A stretch of DNA of 43,938 bases from Candidatus Pacearchaeota archaeon (lineage in GTDB: Archaea; Nanobdellota; Nanobdellia; Pacearchaeales; GW2011-AR1): positions 1 through 43,938 of the forward strand of contig JBBDJP010000005.1 in NCBI GenBank assembly GCA_040879805.1, read 5' to 3'. The notes below the pieces were generated by a model. It made no database searches, had not been told where the DNA came from, and was given only the letters and a program-made list of their open reading frames with translations. Numbering within the stretch: the first letter of the stretch is position 1; every line of letters starts with the position of its first letter. The position numbers and the translations under genes are program-made. Below, piece after piece: positions 36,271-43,938 of this stretch.

Positions 36271-36993
36271 ATGGCAAAGAAAAAAACCAAAAAGAAGACG
36301 AGTAAAAAGAAAGGCACTGAGAGTAAGAAGACTGTAAAAAGTAAAAAGAATAAAGTAAAAAAAACTTCTAGTAAAAAGGCTAAGAAAAAAGAATCTGTTG
36401 ATTTTAATAATACATTAAGAAACATATTGATAATTTCAGGAATAATAGTGTTAATAATAGCTATCTCTGTTTTTTCGGACGCACAACCTCGAACATTTGA
36501 ATATAGGGGTGTTGATTATAATATAGTTGAATTCTGTGATGGAGGGCCTCCTTGTTTAATAACTTACAATACAAAATTACCTATAACTCAGGATGGAAGA
36601 AGTGGGAACTACAATTTTTATTTAAGGAATGATCCTAGAGTCTTAGATGAAGAAGTTCCTTTTAATGGAAGCCTTACACTAAGAGAGGATCTCAATCTAA
36701 ATATAACTTATGGAAGAAGCTGTAGTGGATATTCTAGCATAGCTATTCAAAACTTTGCTACACTTATGGGTGTTGCAGGAATTAATCTTTCAAACAGTTC
36801 TGAAAGTGGTGTCGCCTGTGATGAGACTGGAAAAGAAATGTATGTTATGATCCAAGAAGGGAATGAAACAGGAATAGAACAAATTGGTCCTGCATGTTAT
36901 AATATAAATATTAATGGTTGCGAGGTTCTTCAAGGTACAGAAAGGTTCATGAATGAAATGTTTGTTTACCTTGATCGAATAGTTAAAAAATAA
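36271..36993 (+). CDS. N-terminally anchored membrane protein, distant paralogue of 35667
   Basis: K-rich N-terminus, TM, YRGVDY motif, C..IQEG..I..G.C..I.G C-terminal pattern. Confidence 0.75.
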   Translation: MAKKKTKKKTSKKKGTESKKTVKSKKNKVKKTSSKKAKKKESVDFNNTLRNILIISGIIVLIIAISVFSDAQPRTFEYRGVDYNIVEFCDGGPPCLITYNTKLPITQDGRSGNYNFYLRNDPRVLDEEVPFNGSLTLREDLNLNITYGRSCSGYSSIAIQNFATLMGVAGINLSNSSESGVACDETGKEMYVMIQEGNETGIEQIGPACYNININGCEVLQGTERFMNEMFVYLDRIVKK

Positions 36994-36994
36994 A

Positions 36995-37582
36995 TTATTT
37001 TTTAGATTCTTTCAACAAAAACTTTACATCTGAATAAAAAGGTATCTTATTGATCTTATATTTCTTAACTTCTAAAAACCAAATTCCTACAACCACTATT
37101 GTACTAAGTCCATACCAGAAAATATTGTGTGTGACATCAAAGTATGAAGAACCTGAGACTGCAAGAGCACTTAAGATTACAATCCTTATTATGTTTAAAA
37201 TTAAGAATAATACAAAAGAAAAGACTATTGCATTAACTCTCTTTTTTATCTTTATATCTGGGGTAGAAAGATTCAATATAAGTAATAAATAATATGCAGA
37301 TCCTGCAATGCAAGCCGTAACCAATTCTATAGGGACAGTATTATTCAAGAGAATGGCCGGGAACTCTCCTGAAAGAAATAATGTTTCATAAAATATGCTT
37401 AAAATCCAATAAACAGGGTAAGCCGTTAAGGGAGTAAAAATAAAATAAAATATTGCCAATCCTGGAAATGCTGCTAACAACAAAATCAAATACCTGGTAA
37501 CTATGCTCTTTATTTTATTCTTAGAAACTTTACTCTGTTTTTTTGAACTTTTTTTCTTCCTCTTTTTGGAGTTCTTTTTCAT
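36995..37582 (-). CDS. Exosortase/archaeosortase-family protein (pacearchaeosortase-like)
   Basis: Multi-TM; Cys (VTACIAG), Arg (LNIIRI) and His (THNIFW) triad. Confidence 0.85.
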   Translation of the reverse strand: MKKNSKKRKKKSSKKQSKVSKNKIKSIVTRYLILLLAAFPGLAIFYFIFTPLTAYPVYWILSIFYETLFLSGEFPAILLNNTVPIELVTACIAGSAYYLLLILNLSTPDIKIKKRVNAIVFSFVLFLILNIIRIVILSALAVSGSSYFDVTHNIFWYGLSTIVVVGIWFLEVKKYKINKIPFYSDVKFLLKESKK

Positions 37583-37668
37583 TGAAAACTAAGTAAAATT
37601 TTATTTAAATAATTTGGGTTCTTCAAAAAATAGGTAATTTAAGTTAATAAAAAGAAAAATCTAACTAA

Positions 37669-39327
37669 TTATGCTCTTCTATTTCTTCTTGCAATTCTCA
37701 CTGCAACGAATATAATCACAACAACAAGAATTACATTCAAAACTCCAAGTCCCCATAGGTATGAATCTCCACTTCCTGTAGCAAATCCTGTGATTCCAAG
37801 GAACCCTTTAGGTTCTATATTAACTGAAACTGGTTGACTCATTGTCTCACCGTCTGAAGTTACTTCCAAAATAAATTCTTGAGTTCCTTCAGCATCTCTT
37901 GAAACATCAAAAGTTAGGATAACTTCTTGAGAATCTCCTGCTCCAAGAACAAATGCGGGATTATCAATTCTTACTGAATCTGCCCAAGACTCGTATCCAG
38001 AAGTGCTAAGAACATAGGTATTTGTCTTTGAGTCAAGGTTAACAATTGTGGCTTTCACAGTCATTGGCTTGCCTGCAACTGCCTCTGAATCAAGGCTTGC
38101 TGAAACCGCTGTCAAATCTTCAAATCCTGCACAATCTCTAACATTTAGGAAAATTGTATATCTTGATTCATCTCCTTCATCATTTTCATAAACATCATTA
38201 CTGCCCATGCTTTCATCATCGTAAGCGATAACACTAATGAAATACTGCATCTCCTCTGCATTGTTAGGCACATTTACATTGAAACTCATTCTTTCAGAGT
38301 CCATTGCGTCAATTCCTCCAAAGAAACTTACTGTTTCATCTAAGTTAAGATTACTATTAAAAATTCTTATAAAAATTTCATCATTATCAAAATCCTCATC
38401 TCCAATATTCCAAACGTCTGCACTTATTTCTAAAGACTGTCCACATGAAACTGACTCTGGAACTTGAACATTATCAAGAATTATGAATTCATCATCGGTT
38501 ATAATATCTATTGATTCAAAATCTGATACTCCTGTACTATCTCCATCAAATTCAGAATCGCTGTCATCAATTTCTCCAACAGCCCTTGCATAAAACCTAT
38601 ATTCTTCATTACCTGCTCTTAAATCATCAGGATTGATTCTTAAAGTTACTATTACATCTTGATCATCTCCAAAATCAAGATCAAAACCATCATTGCTTAT
38701 ACTCATATCCTCTTCATCCATTATACACCTCTCAGCGGAAACGTCATACAAACAGGTTTCAATTTCTATATCTTCAACATCCCAGTTTCCGTTGTTTTCC
38801 ACATTAAATTCTATTTCAACCCTATCAAGAGGATACCAAAACTCATCATCTCCAAAACCATCAATAACATCAAATTCTATATTTGTAATGCTTAACTGGC
38901 CTTCATTCTCTCCCGTAAAGAATTGTTTTTCAAAGTTAACAGTTACGCTTACAGTCTCGTTTTCAGAAGCGTTTGTTGAATCTACTCCAATCACATCAAA
39001 TGAAGCAGAGTAAGTTCCAAGTCTAAAACTAGAAACATCTCCATCTATAGAAGCATTAAAATTTATTGAAGAAACATTGGTTGTATCTCCTGTTGATTCT
39101 AAAACAATATTAGCAGTATTTGAACCACTTACAATCTGTTGTGGTGTAAAAGTTGATGTCAAATTAAAATTAGTGTCTCCAGATACTAAAAATGTATTTG
39201 AAGGATTTTGATCACTTAATTTAATTGCTTGAGAATTAGGAGTAAGATCCAAAGCACTTCCAAATCCAATTAACATTAATAGTGCAAAAACACCGAACAT
39301 AAACAAACTAAATACCTTTGATTCCAT
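37669..39327 (-). CDS. Secreted acidic multi-Ig/CARDB surface protein (putative S-layer-associated)
   Basis: Signal peptide, repeated V.N.G.D Ig strands, GITGFATG before the C-terminal TM plus RR tail. Confidence 0.8.
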   Translation of the reverse strand: MESKVFSLFMFGVFALLMLIGFGSALDLTPNSQAIKLSDQNPSNTFLVSGDTNFNLTSTFTPQQIVSGSNTANIVLESTGDTTNVSSINFNASIDGDVSSFRLGTYSASFDVIGVDSTNASENETVSVTVNFEKQFFTGENEGQLSITNIEFDVIDGFGDDEFWYPLDRVEIEFNVENNGNWDVEDIEIETCLYDVSAERCIMDEEDMSISNDGFDLDFGDDQDVIVTLRINPDDLRAGNEEYRFYARAVGEIDDSDSEFDGDSTGVSDFESIDIITDDEFIILDNVQVPESVSCGQSLEISADVWNIGDEDFDNDEIFIRIFNSNLNLDETVSFFGGIDAMDSERMSFNVNVPNNAEEMQYFISVIAYDDESMGSNDVYENDEGDESRYTIFLNVRDCAGFEDLTAVSASLDSEAVAGKPMTVKATIVNLDSKTNTYVLSTSGYESWADSVRIDNPAFVLGAGDSQEVILTFDVSRDAEGTQEFILEVTSDGETMSQPVSVNIEPKGFLGITGFATGSGDSYLWGLGVLNVILVVVIIFVAVRIARRNRRA

Positions 39328-39476
39328 TTTGTGTAGTCATTTTAGAGTTAAATTCATTTATAAATATTTATGTCTTAAAGAATATAATACATAAGGAAAT
39401 ATTGAGATTTTTTAAATTAACGGAAAATTTATATAACTAAAAAACTTCTTTTTTACATCTTTAAGAGGTAAAAAGA

Positions 39477-39863
39477 ATGGTGATAAAAGTACATGAAAAT
39501 TCTGTTGGTGCATGGGCATTCCTAATAGGTGTTGTTTTAGCTATATTAATAGGACTTTCAACAACAATCTTTGCAGTTCCAGTGATAATCTCTTATAGTG
39601 CTCAAATTTACGCAATGTTAGTTATTCTAGGGCTCGTCATTGGTTTTGTAGGAGTTACTGGAAAAGATACCCAACCTTTCTTGTGGGTTGGGGCAGTTCT
39701 TGTAATTGTAAGTAGATTTGGAATGGAGGGTGTAAGAGGAAGTCTTATCGGAATAGGTGTTGGAGATGCTGTTTCTTCTGTTTTTGGAGCTTTACTCGCA
39801 TTATTTGTACCTGCAACAATAGTTGTAGCTTTGAAAATGGTTTTCTCAATGGCAAGAGTTTAA
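39477..39863 (+). CDS. 4-TM membrane protein
   Basis: Four hydrophobic helices; GAWAFLIG motif. Confidence 0.75.
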   Translation: MVIKVHENSVGAWAFLIGVVLAILIGLSTTIFAVPVIISYSAQIYAMLVILGLVIGFVGVTGKDTQPFLWVGAVLVIVSRFGMEGVRGSLIGIGVGDAVSSVFGALLALFVPATIVVALKMVFSMARV

Positions 39864-39911
39864 TTAATAAAAAATATTTTATAAAATTAATTAAGGAATA
39901 AGAATTTAAAT

Positions 39912-40304
39912 TTACTCAAATCTACTTTTTTCTTTTTTCTCTGGCTGCTTCTCTTCTTTATGAATCTTGGCAAAGGAAGGTGTTGCGATAACTACATTTT
40001 CACCAAAACCAGCAATATTTCCTTCAAGGGCATCAACTGTTTTCTTTATCTTTGAAATAGCTCTCTTCAACTCAATTGAATCTTTTTGTCTCAAAGTTTT
40101 TATATCAATAATTGCAATTGTATATCCTTCTCTCAATGCATTAAGGATATCTGTGACATGATCATAGTCTTTCAACATAAAAAGCTTAACCAATACTTTA
40201 CTTTCCTTTTGATCTCTTCCCAAATCAATCTCTAAGTACTCCTCATCAAAGTCCTCATTAGGAACTTTTTCAGAAAATGCTTTTTTTATCTTATCTAAAA
40301 TCAT
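39912..40304 (-). CDS. sepF: Cell division protein SepF
   Basis: ILNALREGYTIAIIDI...ELKRAISKIKK...GNIAG..VIATP. Confidence 0.9.
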   Translation of the reverse strand: MILDKIKKAFSEKVPNEDFDEEYLEIDLGRDQKESKVLVKLFMLKDYDHVTDILNALREGYTIAIIDIKTLRQKDSIELKRAISKIKKTVDALEGNIAGFGENVVIATPSFAKIHKEEKQPEKKEKSRFE

Positions 40305-40400
40305 ATTATTTTTAACTTGCAGATGTTTATAAAGATTTCGTAAATTTTTTGCACATGTTCTGTCTTTTGATAAATAATTTGATTATTTTAGAAGTTAAAC

Positions 40401-40757
40401 TTAATTTAGGAAATAATTTCTTTTTTCCATAAGTTCATTATTAAATTTTGAAATTGTATCTTCGCCAAGAATTTTAGATAGTTCTAAAGGTTCAATACTT
40501 TTTACAAAGCCAACACTTCGATTAGGATATTTATACTCTATCTCAAACCATTTTCTTTCTGGTTCTTCTGTTATACATCTATATTTTATTTCCCTCATTT
40601 GAGCTTCTTCATTTATCGCTTCGCCATTTTTTAAAAATTCTTCGTAAACTAATTCTTTTTTATCTTCTTCAAGATTGCACCTAATTGCAAAGGTAAATGA
40701 AGGTTCCTCTATTTTGCTTAAAATTTCTTTCAATTTTTTTCTCATAAAAAAAATCAC
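40401..40757 (-). CDS. Hypothetical protein
   Basis: 118-aa ORF, co-oriented with neighbours; no motif recognised. Confidence 0.6.
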   Translation of the reverse strand: MIFFMRKKLKEILSKIEEPSFTFAIRCNLEEDKKELVYEEFLKNGEAINEEAQMREIKYRCITEEPERKWFEIEYKYPNRSVGFVKSIEPLELSKILGEDTISKFNNELMEKRNYFLN

Positions 40758-40808
40758 AAGTCTTTATTTTTAAACCCTTCCCAAAAAAATAGAATTCTTG
40801 ATAATCCC

Positions 40809-41120
40809 TTAAGAATTTAATTTCTTTAACTCTTCAATCTTCTCTGCAATTGCAGATTCTTGTTTCTCAATAGATTCAACTCTCAACTTCAAAAGTTTAT
40901 CTTTATCTAAAATTTCTTTTTTAATCTTATCTTTATCTGTCTTTATCATCAACTGTCCAACTATCTTAAAAATCTCTTCAGAACTCTCAACTTCCTTTTT
41001 TGCAGCTTCCGTCTCAGAAATTTCCATTTGAAACGCTTGTTTTTGATATAGGAGATTCTGTAAATTTTGTTCAAGCATCTGAATCTCTTGTATTGTTTGG
41101 TTGTTTTTTTCGTTTGACAT
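40809..41120 (-). CDS. pfdB: Prefoldin beta subunit
   Basis: Coiled coils flanking IFKIVGQLMIK. Confidence 0.93.
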   Translation of the reverse strand: MSNEKNNQTIQEIQMLEQNLQNLLYQKQAFQMEISETEAAKKEVESSEEIFKIVGQLMIKTDKDKIKKEILDKDKLLKLRVESIEKQESAIAEKIEELKKLNS

Positions 41121-41160
41121 CTTAATATTATTTGTTTAAAATTCTTTAATTGGAATAAAT

Positions 41161-41298
41161 TTACTCTGCTTTTACTTTCTTTGTACCTTTTCTGAGTTTA
41201 TAGAAAATTTTTCCACCACAATGAGGGCAAACAAATCTCTTTTTGAGTTTTTCGTTCTTTATTTTCTTTTCACACTTGAAACATTTATATGTTGGCAT
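41161..41298 (-). CDS. rpoP: RNA polymerase subunit Rpo12/P (45 aa; not in the ORF track)
   Basis: Translated by hand: MPTYKCFKCEKKIKNEKLKKRFVCPHCGGKIFYKLRKGTKKVKAE; canonical position after rpl37Ae. Confidence 0.93.
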   Translation of the reverse strand: MPTYKCFKCEKKIKNEKLKKRFVCPHCGGKIFYKLRKGTKKVKAE

Positions 41299-41336
41299 TT
41301 TATTATATTGTTTAGGTATTATTTAATATTTGTTGT

Positions 41337-41573
41337 TTATTTTTTAGGTTCTTCTATGTAATATGCTCCTGAAGCAAATCTCTTTGCACATTTTTTCCTA
41401 GGACATTCCCATATCCCTTTTGAAACTCTTTTAGCTCCAAGCTTTCCACAAAAAGGACATTTTTGCTTGACTTTCTGTTTAGATTCTACTGAAACAAGTT
41501 TTGCTCTAACTCTCCTACCATGCCTTGCTCCAAATCTTCCTGCAGATTTTGTTTTTTTTGATTTCGATGTCAT
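41337..41573 (-). CDS. rpl37ae: 50S ribosomal protein L37Ae
   Basis: SAGRFGARHG, CPFCG, GIWEC zinc ribbon, GGAY-like SGAY. Confidence 0.95.
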   Translation of the reverse strand: MTSKSKKTKSAGRFGARHGRRVRAKLVSVESKQKVKQKCPFCGKLGAKRVSKGIWECPRKKCAKRFASGAYYIEEPKK

Positions 41574-41587
41574 TTTATTGTTTTAAA

Positions 41588-41660
41588 TGGGGCTGCCCGG
41601 ATTTGAACCGGGGTCTCGAAGTCCCAAACCTCGAAGCTTACCAGGCTGGCCCACAGCCCC
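41588..41660 (-). tRNA. tRNA-Pro (UGG), intronless, CCA not encoded
   Basis: GGGGCTG/CAGCCCC acceptor stem, anticodon loop TT-TGG-GA, T-loop GGTTCAAATCC. Confidence 0.96.
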
Positions 41661-41691
41661 TCTGTAAAAAGATTGGTAATTGATTTATAAA

Positions 41692-42405
41692 TTATTTCTT
41701 TTTTGGTTCGGCAGGGGCTTTGACTGCTTCTTCTTTTTCAGGTACTACTTCTTTAGATTTTGCATCTTTTTCTCCTTCTGCCTTGGCTGCTTCTGCTTTT
41801 TCTGCTTCTGCTGCAGCTTCTTCAGCAGCCTTTGCTGCCTCAAGAGCCTTCAAGTCTCTCTCTTGCTTCTTCTTTCTAACTTCAAAGAATTTGTCTAATT
41901 TTTCTCTTTTCTCAGAAGGAGTCTCAGTCTGTTCTTCAGAAATCTCAGTATCATATTTACCCTCATCTATATCTTCTTCAATTTCTTTAGGTTCTTTATT
42001 TTCAATTAAAATTCCTAAACTTACTGCACTTCCAACAACTGTTTTTACAGCTGCCTTCAAATCTTTAGATAACATGTCTGGAAACTTTGTTTTTGATACT
42101 GAAATTATTTGTTCGATTGATGCATTTGCAACCTTCATTCTGTCTTGTTCACCTGATCCTTTTTCTATCCCAATTTCTTTCTTTAAAAGTTCTGAAACAG
42201 GTGGTGATGAGACTGATACTGTGAACTCTTTTGTTGAAGGAGTTACATCTAATATTACTGGAACTTTCATTCCTTTGAATCCTTGAGTTGCTTCATTGAC
42301 TTCTTTAATGACATTTCCCATAGGAATTCCTAAGGGCCCTAGTTTTTGGCTTAATACTGGGCCTGGTTTCAGGTCACCTGCGTCAACTAATAATTTAATT
42401 TGCAT
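41692..42405 (-). CDS. rpl11: 50S ribosomal protein L11 with Ala/Glu/Lys-rich C-terminal extension
   Basis: PGPVLSQKLGPLG, GMKVPV, PPVSELLKKE, VVGSAVSLG. Confidence 0.95.
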   Translation of the reverse strand: MQIKLLVDAGDLKPGPVLSQKLGPLGIPMGNVIKEVNEATQGFKGMKVPVILDVTPSTKEFTVSVSSPPVSELLKKEIGIEKGSGEQDRMKVANASIEQIISVSKTKFPDMLSKDLKAAVKTVVGSAVSLGILIENKEPKEIEEDIDEGKYDTEISEEQTETPSEKREKLDKFFEVRKKKQERDLKALEAAKAAEEAAAEAEKAEAAKAEGEKDAKSKEVVPEKEEAVKAPAEPKKK

Positions 42406-42853
42406 CTTCTTCCTCGCTTTCTCTCCTCACAACTTTAACATTATCTATTTTTAAGGTTACTGGAAGCTGTATTACCGCTCCAAGAAGATTTACAACAACT
42501 TCTTCTTTTTGTTTATCTACCCTTACGACTTTTGCCTTCTCTCCTTTTAATGTTGAACCAATAATTTCTACTATATCTTTTTCCTCTATTGATACATCTT
42601 TTATAGACGGCTCAACCATATTTTTGATTTCTTCATATTCTATGGTTTTTCCAATTATTCCTTTTACATAAGGAAGATTGAACACTGCTTCTTCCGCACT
42701 CTCTCTGTTTTGTGCTTCTACAAGAATATATCCTCTTAATCCATGAGGTCTTATAACAGTATTTACTTCTATTGATTTCTTCCGCACTCTTTCCGAAACC
42801 ATATCTGTGGCCTTTTCTTCCTTATTTGTCGTAACTTTTATTATAAAAATCAT
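42395..42853 (-). CDS. spt5: Transcription elongation factor Spt5/NusG
   Basis: NGN domain (LRGYILVEA) plus KOW (DIVEII..LKGEKAKVVRVD). Confidence 0.95.
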   Translation of the reverse strand: MIFIIKVTTNKEEKATDMVSERVRKKSIEVNTVIRPHGLRGYILVEAQNRESAEEAVFNLPYVKGIIGKTIEYEEIKNMVEPSIKDVSIEEKDIVEIIGSTLKGEKAKVVRVDKQKEEVVVNLLGAVIQLPVTLKIDNVKVVRRESEEEDAN

Positions 42854-42949
42854 CTTAGCTCCGTCTACCTCTTAACTTTTTAAGAAGTAGTTATGAATAT
42901 CTAATAATTTGAGTTTATAAAATTTCCTATAGGTATAAATTCTATTATA

Positions 42950-43138
42950 TCAAACAAAAATCTGCATTATCATTGAGATTATAAATCCTACAACACCTAT
43001 TATCAAAATTCCTATCGCGGTTATTTTTGCAACAGTCATATACTCATTTTTTGTGGGTTTTTTCATTACAAGCCAAACCCTTTTTGATTTTGCAATAAAC
43101 CTCTTAAGCTCGTTTGTTTTTTCTTTTGTTAAACCCAT
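42950..43138 (-). CDS. secE: Protein translocase subunit SecE/Sec61-gamma
   Basis: RVW..MKKPTKNEY..AKITAIG..IIG.VGF. Confidence 0.93.
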   Translation of the reverse strand: MGLTKEKTNELKRFIAKSKRVWLVMKKPTKNEYMTVAKITAIGILIIGVVGFIISMIMQIFV

Positions 43139-43162
43139 AATTTAGATAGAAAAAGATTGTTT

Positions 43163-43738
43163 TTAAGGTTTTTGTGATTCTGGATCTAAAACAATGTAAA
43201 GCGAATGGTAAATTCCTCCGATACAGTAAAGATTGTCCTTATGTTTGTAAATATCAATTTCAACAAAATCTTTGTCGTGTACAGTCCCTAAGAACTTATT
43301 GTTCTTCACTAAGTGGATTGCTTTTTCCTTTGCCGAATCTAATTCAGGTATGTTCCTCAAACTTACAAAAGTGTCCAGATTCTTCTGAAGTTCAGAATTA
43401 TTTAATTTCTTGAATTTCTCATATCTTTGCTCCGTAAAAATTGAAGAAATTTTATATTCGTTTTCTTTTAGCCATTCTGAGGAAGGCAACTCATAAATAC
43501 CTGTCAGTGTTGATTCTCCTTGAAACTTTATTGGATCTCCCTCCACATCTCTAAAAAATTTATACTCTTCTTTTACAAAATTGAGGGCCGACAAATATTC
43601 TCTTCCAGTCAATTTAGAAAAGTCACAATATGAAAAATCTTTGAACAACTCTTCTTTCATTAAGATGTTCTTTATTTCAGAATCTAAAAAATCTCCTGAA
43701 GTCATTGTTCTTTCTAAATCCATAAAGTACTTATCCAA
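43163..43738 (-). CDS. Hypothetical protein inserted between ftsZ and secE
   Basis: 191-aa ORF; no motif recognised. Confidence 0.65.
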   Translation of the reverse strand: MDKYFMDLERTMTSGDFLDSEIKNILMKEELFKDFSYCDFSKLTGREYLSALNFVKEEYKFFRDVEGDPIKFQGESTLTGIYELPSSEWLKENEYKISSIFTEQRYEKFKKLNNSELQKNLDTFVSLRNIPELDSAKEKAIHLVKNNKFLGTVHDKDFVEIDIYKHKDNLYCIGGIYHSLYIVLDPESQKP

Positions 43739-43777
43739 GAAACTTATTTAAGTATTATTGTGATTTTTTGATTTAAT

Positions 43778-43938
43778 TTATTCAAAAAATTCTATTCCTA
43801 ACTCTTCTTCTATCTCTTTATGTTTGACACTTTCCATACTTTCTCCATGACCAAGAATCTGAGAGCTCTTCACTCCCGTAACAATCAATAGTACTCTAAG
43901 AGATTTATCCATGTCTTCAGAAATTTGAGCTCCCCAAA
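43778..43938 (-). CDS. ftsZ: Cell division protein FtsZ, C-terminal end (partial; not in the ORF track)
   Basis: Translated by hand: WGAQISEDMDKSLRVLLIVTGVKSSQILG...EEELGIEFFE*; ftsZ-secE-spt5-rpl11 synteny. Confidence 0.92.
   Translation of the reverse strand, partial: WGAQISEDMDKSLRVLLIVTGVKSSQILGHGESMESVKHKEIEEELGIEFFE

Noticed and set aside
41720-42286. 188-aa plus-strand ORF
   Set aside because: Antisense shadow of the Ala/Glu/Lys-rich rpl11

Overview
AT-rich archaeal chromosome segment, most consistent with a DPANN/Nanoarchaeota lineage, probably Pacearchaeota. This is an inference from the form III RuBisCO, class I LysRS, single-chain primase, pacearchaeosortase-like gene, S-layer gene and streamlined r-protein clusters. 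Core genes: rbcL (partial), rps19e-rpl39e-rpl31e, ogg, nth, cbf5/truB, trmY, lysS, histone, hjc, primase, PCNA, sepF, pfdB, rpoP, rpl37Ae, tRNA-Pro, rpl11, spt5, secE and ftsZ (partial). Accessory highlights: (1) a 3.9-kb arsR-arsD-arsA operon with no efflux pump and several Cys-tailed small proteins, bounded by a full integron-attC-like hairpin (6045-6132, overlapping the truB stop codon) and an identical 24-bp attC half-site (9977-10000), with no integrase in the window; (2) a 7-gene, 7.3-kb operon of class III (KKG|Q) signal-peptide and Cys-rich surface proteins; (3) an S-layer/sortase surface locus interleaved with three toxin-antitoxin pairs, two of them bracketed by a 26-bp duplicated TATA-box sequence; (4) EndoIII and primase both lacking their Fe-S cysteine ligands. 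All family assignments come from motif recognition by eye; no database searches were run.
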